Below, piece by piece: positions 1-9,440 of a DNA stretch of 64,000 bases. Location of the stretch: NCBI GenBank assembly GCA_050261575.1, contig JBLNDL010000092.1:1-64000 (forward strand), in the 5' to 3' direction. Each line of letters opens with the position of its first letter. Position 1 is the first letter of the stretch. The DNA comes from Sphingomonadaceae bacterium (GTDB taxonomy: Bacteria; Chloroflexota; UBA6077). A model generated the notes under the pieces. It was given only the letters and a program-made list of their open reading frames with translations, was not told the origin of the DNA and made no database searches. A program made the position numbers and the translations under genes.

Positions 1-2204
1 ACACCTTCGGCCACGTGGCGCAGATGCCCCAGATCGTGCGGGGCTTCGGCATGGACAGCTTCGTGTTCTGGAGGGGTCTAGGCGACGACTCCGACCGCCT
101 CGGCGTCGCCTTCCGCTGGCGTGGCCCCGACGGCTCCACGGTCCTGGCCATCCGCCAGATCGATGGCTACGGTGCCGTGGACAACCTGGGCCGATGGGCT
201 CGGGGAGGGGTTAGGGCCACCGACCCTGCCGAGTACCCGGAGATGGCGCTTCGCCGGTTGAAGGAGCTGCGAGATATCGCCGCGCCCTACCTGGAGCGCT
301 CGGGGGTGATCGATCTGCTGGCCGGCAACGGCACCGACCACCAACTGGTGCAGCGGGACCTGACATCGCTGCTGGCGGCCGCCAGCTTCGCGTGGCCCGA
401 GGCGGAGTTCCGCATCGCCGGCCTTGACGAGTACGCGGATGCCATCCGAGGCCGGATGCCCTATCTGGACGTCTACGAGGGCGAGATGTGCGACGGCAAG
501 GACGCCCCCGTGCTCCGAGGCGTCAACTCCGCGCGCATCCACCTGAAGCAGCGCAACGAGGCGGTGGAGAGGGCGCTCCTCGAAGCCGAGATCGCCGCGT
601 CACTCGCCCACCTCGCTACGGGCGCGCCCTACCCGGCAGAGGACCTGCGTCTCGCGTGGCGTCACCTCCTCCGCAACCACCCGCACGACTCGATCTGTGG
701 CTGCTCCGTCGACGAGGTCCACAGAGACATGGCCTGGCGTTTCGACGCCGCCGAGCAATTGGCCCTTCGGCTCCGCAGGGAGGCCCTGTGGAAGCTGGCC
801 GGCGGCGAGGCCATCTGGTCGTACCGAGAGAGGCCGAACGCGCACCGCACGGCCGTCAACCTGCTGCCATACGGGCGCAGGGGTCTGGTAGAGCTTCCCC
901 TCCCCCCCGAGCTCGCCCACGCCCGCTCCATCAGGGCCGAGGGCCCCGATGGCGAGCTGCCGGCTCAACTCTATCGGGATGGCTACGGCGCCCACGCGCT
1001 GGTCGCCACCGAGGCCCCATCCCTCGGGGCCTCGCGGATCCACCTCCGCTCCGGCCGCCCCCGGGTGGAAGGGGCTCGCCTCGTGGGCTACCACGCCATC
1101 GAGAACGAGCACTACCACGTCGCGGCCCTGCCCAACGGCACCCTGGAGATCCTCCACAAGGGCTCCCGCAGGAAGCTCAGCGGCGCCCATTGGCTCGTGG
1201 ACGAGGCGGACCGGGGCGACGAGTACAACTTCTGCCCCGTCGACGGCGATACCCCATGGGACATGCGAGCGCATAAGGTTCGGATACGAGGGGGGATGAG
1301 AGGGCCGGCGGTGGCCTCACTGGTCCTGGAGATGGATGCGAGGCTTCCTCAGGGGCTGAGGACCGACCGGAGGGCGAGGCTGCGCCAGACGGTGGCGTGC
1401 CCCATCCGGGTGGAGGTGCGCCTCATCGCCGGAGTGGAGAGGGTAGAGTTCGTCACCACGCTGGAGAACCGAGCCTTCGACCACCGTCTCAGGGTCGTGT
1501 TCCCGGCGGGCCCGGCCCACGAGGTGAGGGCCGAGGGCCACTACGCCGTCATCCACCGGCCGGTGGGCGCCAAGCAGCACGGCCCCGACTGGAAGGAGCC
1601 AGCGCAGCCCACCCACCATACACTGGGGGGGGTGGAGGCAGGCGGTGTGCTGCTGCTCGGCAAGGGGCTGCCCGAGTACGAGGTGCGCCACGCGGAAGGG
1701 GGGGCCGAGATAGCCCTTACCCTGCTTCGGTCCGTCGGCTGGCTCTCCAGGGACGACCTATCCACCCGCCCAGGCGGCGCCGGCCCCCACCTTGCCACCC
1801 CCGAGGCCCAGTGTCTCGGCTACCACCGGTTCGAGTACGCCGTCTCCCTGGTCGAGGATCTCGCCGATGCGGAGTTGGTTCGGGCCTCGCACGACTACCG
1901 CTTCGGGCTGCTCGCGGGGCCTCCGAACCTGGAGAGCCAGGAGTCCCTCCGCCTCGAGGGGCGGGGCTTCTGCCTCGGCGCCCTCAAGGGCGCCGAGGAC
2001 GGCGACGGCGTAGTCCTCCGGGTCTACAACCCCGGCGAGACGGCCGCAGCCCTGGCCATCTCCGGCGAGATCGACGCCCGGCCGTGCCGCCTGGACGAGC
2101 AGCCTCTGGAGGAGCCCTTCGACGGCACCCTGGCCGGAGGCAAGATCGCCAGCTTCAGACTGAGGAGATCGGCCAAATCCCCTCTCCGCTCGGGAGAGGG
2201 CTAA
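1..2204 (+). CDS. GH38 alpha-mannosidase / mannosylglycerate hydrolase-like protein, 5' end outside the window
   Basis: The frame is open from base 3 (TFGHVAQMPQ, the GH38 catalytic (D)TFGH region). It contains the middle-domain motif NHPHDSICGCSVDEVH and C-terminal LTLLRSVGWLSRDDL..R..AGP...TPEAQ. Confidence 0.9.
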   Translation, partial: TFGHVAQMPQIVRGFGMDSFVFWRGLGDDSDRLGVAFRWRGPDGSTVLAIRQIDGYGAVDNLGRWARGGVRATDPAEYPEMALRRLKELRDIAAPYLERSGVIDLLAGNGTDHQLVQRDLTSLLAAASFAWPEAEFRIAGLDEYADAIRGRMPYLDVYEGEMCDGKDAPVLRGVNSARIHLKQRNEAVERALLEAEIAASLAHLATGAPYPAEDLRLAWRHLLRNHPHDSICGCSVDEVHRDMAWRFDAAEQLALRLRREALWKLAGGEAIWSYRERPNAHRTAVNLLPYGRRGLVELPLPPELAHARSIRAEGPDGELPAQLYRDGYGAHALVATEAPSLGASRIHLRSGRPRVEGARLVGYHAIENEHYHVAALPNGTLEILHKGSRRKLSGAHWLVDEADRGDEYNFCPVDGDTPWDMRAHKVRIRGGMRGPAVASLVLEMDARLPQGLRTDRRARLRQTVACPIRVEVRLIAGVERVEFVTTLENRAFDHRLRVVFPAGPAHEVRAEGHYAVIHRPVGAKQHGPDWKEPAQPTHHTLGGVEAGGVLLLGKGLPEYEVRHAEGGAEIALTLLRSVGWLSRDDLSTRPGGAGPHLATPEAQCLGYHRFEYAVSLVEDLADAELVRASHDYRFGLLAGPPNLESQESLRLEGRGFCLGALKGAEDGDGVVLRVYNPGETAAALAISGEIDARPCRLDEQPLEEPFDGTLAGGKIASFRLRRSAKSPLRSGEG

Positions 2205-2310
2205 GGTGAGGGCTCCTCGGCCAGAGGCTCCCCAGCCCTCACCCCGTGGCGGTGCCTCCAGACACGTCCACGCCTCTTCCTCTGGGAGAGAGAGGCCAGC
2301 CCCTACCCGT
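2180..2310. repeat. CCCTCTCCC/GGGAGAGGG-type REP-like palindromic repeat cluster
   Basis: ccctctccgctcgggagagggctaaggtgaggg followed by ccctcacccc and cctcttcctctgggagagagagg. Related motifs occur at about 24707, 28135, 30718 and 44732. Confidence 0.6.
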
Positions 2311-2391
2311 AGCAACGACCCCAGTCGTTCGTCCTCGGAACGGCTGCAACCGTCACCGCGCGGTGGCGAGCCGCCGGAACCCCAGGCGCCC

Positions 2392-3789
2392 ATGCGGCGG
2401 ATACCCGATGAGTGGCTGGCGCTCGCCGTCCGGCTGGCGGCAGTGGGGCTGGCTGAGATCGCCTCCGGCGACTTTCTCCTGGCCAGCTCCCGCTCCGAGT
2501 TCTTCGGGCGGCTCTTCGGTCGGGATTCCCTGATCACCTCCATGCAGTTCCTCTCCGCGATCGACCTCGATCCCACCCTCGCGCCCGTCCTCCTTCCACC
2601 CATCGAGGGAAGCCTTCGCGCACTGGCGCAACTGCAGGGAGTGATAGACGACCCCTGGACGGAGGAGGAGCCCGGCAAGATCCCCCACGAGTACAACCCC
2701 GACGGCGAGGGCGACTTCCCAGGCGCCTACTACGCCAGCATCGATGCGACTCCGCTGTTCCTCGTCACGCTGCATCGGTACGCCGTGGTGATCGGGAAGC
2801 TGGCGTCGTCCCGGACGCCGCCGGGGTCGGTCCCGACCCCGGCTCTTCACGATCAGCCTGGCGGACCACCAGGCGCTTGCGCTATCCCCCCGCTCCTCGT
2901 GGAGCTGCGGGACAGCCGGGACCGGGCGCTCCGGTGGCTCCTCGAGCGGGCAGACCTGGACGGCGACGACCTGACGGAGTTCCTGCAGCGCAACCCCGAG
3001 AGAAGGTCACTGATCAATCAGAACTGGAAGGACAGTCGCGACTCCCTGCTGATGTCCGACGGCACGATACCCCCTTACCCGGTGGCCTATGCAGAGGTGC
3101 AGGCGTACTGCTACGGGGCTCTACTGGGAGAGGCGGATCTCAGGCACGCGGAAGACCCCGAGTTCGCGGCGGGGTTGCGGGCCAGTGCAAGCAGGCTGGC
3201 CGATCGGTTCGAGCGCCGATTCTGGTTGCCGGAGACTGGGAGCTACGCCCAGGCCCTCGACGCGCGCAAGCGGCCGCTAACCGACGTCTCGTCCAACGGC
3301 TTCCACTGGTTGTGGCTGGGACCGACGCGGCCGCGCCGGCACAGACGTGCAGCGCGACGGCTGCTGGAGCCAGACCTGAGAACCCCCTTCGGGGTCCGGA
3401 CCCTCAGCTCCCGATCGCCCAATTACGCCCCCCTCCGCTACCATCGAGGCACCATTTGGCCCTGGGACAACTGGGTGGCCGCCTCCGCCCTCCGGCGACT
3501 CTGCATGGATGAGGAGGCGGCCGGGATCGACGCAGCAGTGCTGCGCGCCCTGGCCGAGTTGGGCTGTCCTGCCGAGCTGTACTCCTATCTGGATGGCGAG
3601 AAGCACCCCTCCATGGATTTCCACAACATCTGGGGAGGGCGGGCTCGATCCTGCCGCATCCAGGCGTGGACGGTGGGATACCTGGTGGAGATGGTTGCCC
3701 GCTGGGGCCGCGGGGAGGCACTGCGAGCCGAGGTGGGCCGGGTTCTGCACGAGGGCCAGTGGACACGGCCCCTACTGATAAGCCAGTGA
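2392..3789 (+). CDS. Amylo-alpha-1,6-glucosidase / glycogen debranching enzyme-like (alpha/alpha)6 glycoside hydrolase
   Basis: Motifs LFGRDSLI, EEEPGKIPHE, YYASIDATPLF, NQNWKDS, YHRGTIWPWDN and QAW. ATG 2392 is preferred because 2206-2390 is repeat-derived, low-complexity sequence. Confidence 0.85.
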   Translation: MRRIPDEWLALAVRLAAVGLAEIASGDFLLASSRSEFFGRLFGRDSLITSMQFLSAIDLDPTLAPVLLPPIEGSLRALAQLQGVIDDPWTEEEPGKIPHEYNPDGEGDFPGAYYASIDATPLFLVTLHRYAVVIGKLASSRTPPGSVPTPALHDQPGGPPGACAIPPLLVELRDSRDRALRWLLERADLDGDDLTEFLQRNPERRSLINQNWKDSRDSLLMSDGTIPPYPVAYAEVQAYCYGALLGEADLRHAEDPEFAAGLRASASRLADRFERRFWLPETGSYAQALDARKRPLTDVSSNGFHWLWLGPTRPRRHRRAARRLLEPDLRTPFGVRTLSSRSPNYAPLRYHRGTIWPWDNWVAASALRRLCMDEEAAGIDAAVLRALAELGCPAELYSYLDGEKHPSMDFHNIWGGRARSCRIQAWTVGYLVEMVARWGRGEALRAEVGRVLHEGQWTRPLLISQ

Positions 3790-3833
3790 TCCCAACGTGC
3801 ATCACCCGTTCACGGGTGCGCCGGCCGAGAAAC

Positions 3834-3918
3834 GTAGCCACACCCTCGAGGGTACGCGAACCTCGTAGGGCAGGGTGGCGGTTCGCCTCGGGGTGCGCAG
3901 GCTGCAGCCTGCGGCTCC
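3834..3918. repeat. GTAG-type REP doublet between convergent genes
   Basis: gtagccacaccctcgagggtacg ... cgcaggctgcagcctgcggctcc: two inverted hairpin units, the first with a GTAG foot. Confidence 0.55.
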
Positions 3919-3961
3919 AGGCGTGGGAGTGGCCCGGGAGCGCGGGCCGGACTCGTCGATG

Positions 3962-4201
3962 CTACTGTGCCGGGTGGTACTCCAACTCCTTGTAGGCCGG
4001 CTCCGAAGGGTTCGACAGATAGGAGCGGGCCATCTCCGCGATCCGCTTCGCCTCCACCCCCGTTCGAGGGATCCAGATGCGGAGCATCCGCTGTTTGGCG
4101 TTGAAGTTCAGGTAGGGGCCCCTATCGGCCAGACCACCCGTCACGAAGCAGTCGTAGCCCACCAGCCGCTGCACCTCCGACTCGAGATCGCGCAGGTCCA
4201 T
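3962..4201 (-). CDS. Small hypothetical protein (79 aa)
   Basis: ATG preceded by a GGGAGG Shine-Dalgarno. Globular composition; fills the gap between two genes. Confidence 0.7.
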   Translation of the reverse strand: MDLRDLESEVQRLVGYDCFVTGGLADRGPYLNFNAKQRMLRIWIPRTGVEAKRIAEMARSYLSNPSEPAYKELEYHPAQ

Positions 4202-4331
4202 GTCCGGCCTCCCGTAGCATCGATGGTCAATGGTATTCTATAGTGTAGCAGAGGAAGCAAGCCCGGGACGCGGAGACCGGAATCACTCCGCGTCTCCGTG
4301 TCTTGACGCCCGAGGATTCGAGGGTTCCACA

Positions 4332-5261
4332 GTGCTGAGCAGGCAATTACAGGCCGATCTCTGGCTGGCCCTGGTCACCCTGATTTGGGGTAGCACCTTC
4401 GTGGTGGTGAAGAACGAGCTGGCCAACATCGGTCCACTCGCGTTCGTCGCGCTTCGCTTCACGTTCGCCTTTCTTTTCATGGCGCTTCTGATGCGGCGAT
4501 CCCTCGCCCGCATCGGCCGGCATCAGTTGGCCGCAGGCGCGCTTATAGGGGTATTCCTCTTCGGAGGATACGCCCTCCAGACCGTGGGGCTGCGCTACAC
4601 CACGGCCTCCAAGGCCGCCTTCATCACCGGCCTCTGCGTCGTGCTGGCGCCCCTCTTCGCCCACCTTCTGCTGGGCCATACCCCGTCGCTCATTGCTACG
4701 TTGGGTGTGGTGTTGGCGACGGCAGGGCTCGCCCTCCTATCGCTGGTGGACGACCTCTCGCTCGCCATGGGCGACCTGCTGGTGCTGGGCTGCGCCGCGT
4801 CCTTCGCACTCCACATCGTCTCCATCAGCCGCTTCGCCCCGAGGATGGACCCAGTGGCTCTCACCACCGTTCAGATCGGGGTGGTGGCGGTGGGTGGCGC
4901 CATCGCGACCGCGATCCTGGAGCCGAACCCGCTGCCCCTGAAGCCGGGTTCGGTGGTAGTGGCCGCCGGGATGGGGCTCTTCGCCACGGCCCTCGCCTTC
5001 ACCATCCAGAATCGGGTGCAAGTCTTCACTACCCCGACCCACACCGCCCTGGTCCTGTCGCTGGAGCCAGTGTTCGGGGCGATATTCGCCTACCTGCTGG
5101 CAGGCGAAAGGCTGGGTCCCAGGGAGATCCTGGGGTGCTCCCTGATCCTGGCAGGAATGGTGGCGGCAGAGTTCAAGCGGGAGAAGGGTGTCGAGGTGGC
5201 GAAAGCAGAGCTGGCCACGGAGATGACCAGCCCGCGGGGTCGCCCCGAGCCGTCGCCGTGA
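4332..5261 (+). CDS. EamA/DMT family transporter
   Basis: About 10 hydrophobic helices; motifs IWGSTFVVVK, LRYTTASKAAFITG and LEPVFGAIFAYLLAGE. GTG start at 4332 is inferred. Confidence 0.9.
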   Translation: MLSRQLQADLWLALVTLIWGSTFVVVKNELANIGPLAFVALRFTFAFLFMALLMRRSLARIGRHQLAAGALIGVFLFGGYALQTVGLRYTTASKAAFITGLCVVLAPLFAHLLLGHTPSLIATLGVVLATAGLALLSLVDDLSLAMGDLLVLGCAASFALHIVSISRFAPRMDPVALTTVQIGVVAVGGAIATAILEPNPLPLKPGSVVVAAGMGLFATALAFTIQNRVQVFTTPTHTALVLSLEPVFGAIFAYLLAGERLGPREILGCSLILAGMVAAEFKREKGVEVAKAELATEMTSPRGRPEPSP

Positions 5262-5377
5262 ACCCGCATCTCCGAGGTCAGTTCCGAGGAACGAGCCAAT
5301 TGTGGTATGGTGAGGCCGCAACCCAACGAGCCGTTTCCGTCCTCCCTCTAATCGCTGCCAAGAAAAGGGGTAGAGCG

Positions 5378-6730
5378 ATGTACGAACCCGAGCGCCTGGT
5401 CCAGATGGATCTCGAGCACGTCCTGCATCCCATGCATAGCCACGCGCACAACACCACCGGACCGGTGGTGTTCGTCCGGGGCAGGGGAGCCACCGTGGTG
5501 GATGCCGCCGGCAAGGAGTACATCGACGCGTTCTCCGGCCTGTGGAACGTCAACGTGGGCCACGGTCGAGCCGAACTCGCCGAGGCGGCCGCTGAGCAGA
5601 TGCGGACCCTCGCCTACGCCTCGGGCTACGCGGGAACCTCCAACGTTCCGGCCATCGAGCTGGCAGGCCGGTTGGCCAACCTGGCCCCCGGTGACCTGAA
5701 GGCCACCTTCTACACCACCGGAGGCGCGGAATCGAACGAGACGGCCTTCAAGATCGCCCGCTTCTTCTGGAAGATGAACGGCAAGCCCGACAAGGTGAAG
5801 ATCGTCGCCCTCCAACGCGGCTACCACGGCACCACGGGCGCGGCCATGATCGCCACCGGAATGCGCCAGTACTGGCAGCACTTCGATCCGGTTCAGGCCG
5901 GCTTCTTCCACATCCCCACCCACTACTGCTTCCGCTGCCCCCTCGGCAAGCGATACCCCCAGTGCGACGTCGCCTGCGCCGACACTCTGGAGCAGCAGAT
6001 CCTCGCGGAGGACCCAGAGACGGTGGCCGCCTTCATCGCCGAGCCGGTCCATGGGGGCGGCGGGGTGGTGACGGCTCCGCCGGAGTACTTCCGCCGCATT
6101 AGGGAGATCTGCGATCGACACGACGTCCTGTTCATAGCCGATGAGGTGATCACAGGCTTCGGGCGCACCGGCAAGATGTTCGCCCAGGAGCACTGGGGCG
6201 CGACGGCCGACATCATGTCCTTCGCCAAAGGAATAACCAGCGGCTACCTGCCGCTCGGCGGGGTAATGGTGAACGAGCGGGTGCACAAGGCGTTCCGCGA
6301 GTTGCCTCCCGGCGGCAGCTTCAACCACGCCTACACCTACTCCCTGCATCCTGTCTGTTGCGCCGTGGCCCTGAGGAACCTGGACATCCTGGAGGAAGAG
6401 GGCCTGGTGGCCAGGGCCGCCACGATGGGAAAGATGCTGCTGGAGAGCCTCCGGCGACTGGAGGGTACGCCCGGGGTCGGTGAGGTCCGAGGCATCGGAT
6501 TGATGGCTGCCGTCGACCTGGCTGCCGACAAGACCGGAACGCCACTACCGGCGTCCCTCTCGGCAGGGCCTCGAATCCAGACCTACGCCCAGGAGCATGG
6601 GGTGGTCTTCCGCACCAGGGGCGACGTGATCATGCTGGCCCCGCCTTTCGTCGTCACCGAGCAGCAGATCGACACCATCGTGGACGTGGTGGCCGAGGGG
6701 ATCGCCCGTGTCGTGGGCGGCGGGGTCTAG
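5378..6730 (+). CDS. Class III PLP aminotransferase (omega-amino acid/BioA-like family)
   Basis: Motifs SGLWNVNVGHG, GGAESNE, YHGTT, FIADEVITGFGRTG and AKGITSGYLPLG (PLP lysine). AGGGG precedes ATG 5378. Confidence 0.92.
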   Translation: MYEPERLVQMDLEHVLHPMHSHAHNTTGPVVFVRGRGATVVDAAGKEYIDAFSGLWNVNVGHGRAELAEAAAEQMRTLAYASGYAGTSNVPAIELAGRLANLAPGDLKATFYTTGGAESNETAFKIARFFWKMNGKPDKVKIVALQRGYHGTTGAAMIATGMRQYWQHFDPVQAGFFHIPTHYCFRCPLGKRYPQCDVACADTLEQQILAEDPETVAAFIAEPVHGGGGVVTAPPEYFRRIREICDRHDVLFIADEVITGFGRTGKMFAQEHWGATADIMSFAKGITSGYLPLGGVMVNERVHKAFRELPPGGSFNHAYTYSLHPVCCAVALRNLDILEEEGLVARAATMGKMLLESLRRLEGTPGVGEVRGIGLMAAVDLAADKTGTPLPASLSAGPRIQTYAQEHGVVFRTRGDVIMLAPPFVVTEQQIDTIVDVVAEGIARVVGGGV

Positions 6731-6765
6731 GATCTGGCCGTCTCCATCGGGAAGGAGTTGTAGTC

Positions 6766-7077
6766 GTGATCCTGGTTCTGGTCACCAACCTCCTGGTGGG
6801 TTTCGGGCTCTTTGTGCTGGGAGTGAACATACTGCGGCGCCCCGAGCGGGTGTGGGTGGGTGTGCACGTCGTTCGCACCCCCGAGGACACCGCTCGGGTC
6901 CGCCGCTCCAACCGAAGGGCAGCCCCCTGGCTGATCCTCTTCGGCGCGGCCGATGCCCTCAGCACCCCTCTGGGCATGCTGGCAGGGATCGATCCCATCC
7001 TCCTGGCGCTGGCCGGGCTGGGTCTCCTCATCCTGGCGATCGCGGCCCAACTCCTGGCGGCCACGATCACCCGCTAG
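6766..7077 (+). CDS. Small membrane protein (3 TM), weakly SdpI/YhfL-like
   Basis: AAGGAG SD before the GTG; three hydrophobic segments around a basic loop. Confidence 0.65.
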   Translation: MILVLVTNLLVGFGLFVLGVNILRRPERVWVGVHVVRTPEDTARVRRSNRRAAPWLILFGAADALSTPLGMLAGIDPILLALAGLGLLILAIAAQLLAATITR

Positions 7078-7106
7078 AAGCCGGCCCTCACGATCATCAC
7101 GGTGCC

Positions 7107-7138
7107 GGACGCAGCGCGGATTAGCCCGCGCTGCGTCC
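7107..7138. terminator. GC-rich hairpin between convergent genes
   Basis: ggacgcagcgcgg-N6-ccgcgctgcgtcc, a 13-bp stem. Confidence 0.5.
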
Positions 7139-7239
7139 CTAACCCCGTCGACTCGGTAGCGCGGAGCCGCCGTCGGCGCCATCGACGTTGGGGTTGGGAC
7201 AACCCCGGCTCCGTGGTCCCGTTGAGCCCGTCCGCCGAC

Positions 7240-9141
7240 CTACTCGGGCAGTTTGCCCAACTTCGCCAGGTCGTCGGCCAACCACTCCAGCCCCAGCCGT
7301 TCCAGGGTGATGCGGGTCGGCACCCCCGTCTCCGGGTCCCATCCCATCAGATAGTAGTAGGTACGTACCATCTCCTCCATCTTGGCGGGATCGATGGCCT
7401 GCCGCTTCTCGGCCAGGGATCCCTTCAGGGGCGGGGAGAAGAAGCGCTTGGGCAGCCGGTCGTCGGCGCGGGTGAAGCCCTCCAGCACGTTGAAGGCCCT
7501 CCCCATCGTGATGGCCCTCTCCCCCACCAGCAACAGCTCCTCGAGTGTGGTGTTCCAGCCGGTGGTGGCGTTCACCAGCTCCACGATCTGCTGGTAGGTC
7601 CAAGGGACGAAGTAGCAGTACGAGGCGCTATCCTGGGTGTTACGCCACTTGTGCAACTGTGTGAAGAGATTCACCTTGCGGGTGGAGAGTTCGTTCGCCG
7701 GCATCGGCTCGTAGATCCCGAGGGGCTTCGCCTCATCCTCCAGTCTCGGGCCCTCCTTCTCGAAGAAGGTGTCGTGCAACCCCGTCCCGTGGTCGCCGCC
7801 GTGGTTGGCCACGGCGTAGCCGATGCCGAGGCCCTGCTTCAGCCGGGGCTCGTGCATGGCGATCTCCACCCCCTTGACCTGCATCGCCAGCTCCTCGGCA
7901 CCGTTCCCGATCCTTCGTGCGGCTATGCGGGTACCCTCGGCGAGGACGTCCCCGATCCCCCGACGGTAGGCGATCATCTCCAGCAGCTTCAGCATCGCCT
8001 CCGCGTTGCCCCACGTGAGTTCCAGGCCATCGGTATCGGCCTTGGTGATGTAGCCCCGCTCGTAGCACTCGAAGGCGAAGGCGATGGTGGTGCCGGCCGA
8101 GATGGTGTCCAGCCCCCAGGCGGAGCAGAGGTGGTGGGCCCTGGCCAGGGCCGCGAGGTTGTCGATCCCGCAGGAGGAGCCGAAGGCGGCTAGGGTCTCG
8201 TACTCGGGTCCACCGTACTTCGGGTCGGCTACCCACGGCTCGTCCACCTTCACAACCTTCTTGCAGCGGACGGCGCAGGCGTAGCACGCCTCCATCCCTA
8301 TGCGGATCGTCTCCTTGATAGTGGGCGCAGTGATCGGCTCGATGTTCTCGAAGTAGCCGTCCCTGAAGTTCCTGGTGGGCACGTTCCCCGCCAGGTTGTA
8401 GCCGGTCATGTCCGCGCCGGTGCCGTACTCGTGGAAGCCGAACGCCTTGGTGGGTACGACCTCGTGGATCGCCTTGCCCAGCGCCCTTATCCTTTCCGGA
8501 TCGGCATACTGGGGGGGCATCTTTCCTCGAACGGCGATGGCCTTGAGCTTCTTGGAGCCCATGACGGCGCCCAACCCGGCGCGACCCGCCGCGTCCTTCA
8601 GGTCGTGCATGACGCAGGCGAAGCGGACCATCTTCTCGCCGCCGGGGCCGATGCTGCACACCCTGGCGAAGCGCTCCCCGGTCTCGGCCTTGATGGCCTC
8701 CTCCAGCTCCTTGACCTCCATGCCCCACAGATGGCCGGCATCCCTCAGCTCCGCCACCCCGTCCCTTATCCACAGCCAGACCGGCTTCTCCGCCCGACCC
8801 TCGAAGATGAGACCGTCGAAGCCGGCGTGCTTCAGCTCTGCGTTGAAGTGTCCTCCCACCTCGCTCTTACCGATGCCGCCGGTCATTGGTGACTTGGCGC
8901 CGATACCGCTACGGGCGTTGCCCGAGACCGGCACACCGGTGAGCACGCCGGGGAACATGACCAGCTTGTTGTCGGGCCCCAACGGGTCCACGCCCGGTTT
9001 CAACTCCTTGAGCAGGTAGTAGGCCGCCATGGCGGCGCCACCTAGGTACTTTCGGTACCAGTTCTCGTCGTGCTCATCCACCGACATCTCCCCGGTGGAC
9101 AGGTTCACCCTGAGGATCTTGCCATAGTACCCGTAGGGCAA
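7240..9141 (-). CDS. aor: Aldehyde:ferredoxin oxidoreductase family (tungstopterin, 4Fe-4S)
   Basis: N-terminal GYYGKILRVNLS, KSPMTGG, AGRAGLGAVMGSKKLKAI, ACYACAVRC, GPEYET and GLDTIS. TTG start at 9141 follows an AAGGAGG SD. Confidence 0.93.
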   Translation of the reverse strand: MPYGYYGKILRVNLSTGEMSVDEHDENWYRKYLGGAAMAAYYLLKELKPGVDPLGPDNKLVMFPGVLTGVPVSGNARSGIGAKSPMTGGIGKSEVGGHFNAELKHAGFDGLIFEGRAEKPVWLWIRDGVAELRDAGHLWGMEVKELEEAIKAETGERFARVCSIGPGGEKMVRFACVMHDLKDAAGRAGLGAVMGSKKLKAIAVRGKMPPQYADPERIRALGKAIHEVVPTKAFGFHEYGTGADMTGYNLAGNVPTRNFRDGYFENIEPITAPTIKETIRIGMEACYACAVRCKKVVKVDEPWVADPKYGGPEYETLAAFGSSCGIDNLAALARAHHLCSAWGLDTISAGTTIAFAFECYERGYITKADTDGLELTWGNAEAMLKLLEMIAYRRGIGDVLAEGTRIAARRIGNGAEELAMQVKGVEIAMHEPRLKQGLGIGYAVANHGGDHGTGLHDTFFEKEGPRLEDEAKPLGIYEPMPANELSTRKVNLFTQLHKWRNTQDSASYCYFVPWTYQQIVELVNATTGWNTTLEELLLVGERAITMGRAFNVLEGFTRADDRLPKRFFSPPLKGSLAEKRQAIDPAKMEEMVRTYYYLMGWDPETGVPTRITLERLGLEWLADDLAKLGKLPE

Positions 9142-9440
9142 CTCGTACCTCCTTCCTCTACCCGGGCCACTCGGCCCTGGGTCTGGACGACACGGGGTGA
9201 TGGGCGTTGCCTGGAGCGGCTTGGCCCACGATACTGCCAGGACTGTAACGCGGGGTAGTTGGGGGCGATTCGCCGGCAGTCTCTTCGACCATCTTCCCTG
9301 CAAACTCCGGTCCAGGCTGCCGCCGTGATCCCATCACCCCACTCTGGTGAACCTCGCTGGAGAAGGGGGCACGCGGGCAGCACGAACCTGCTAGAATCCC
9401 ACCGGCGGTATGGTCGCACGGGACACCGGCCGGAAGAGGA

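Noticed and set aside
2206..2391. 62-aa N-terminal extension of the glucosidase given in the ORF track
   Set aside because: It is the translation of palindromic repeats (PQPSPRGG-like twice); family similarity starts after Met 2392.
9142..9400. Moco/Wco riboswitch upstream of aor
   Set aside because: No recognisable motif consensus; the region looks like an ordinary divergent promoter.
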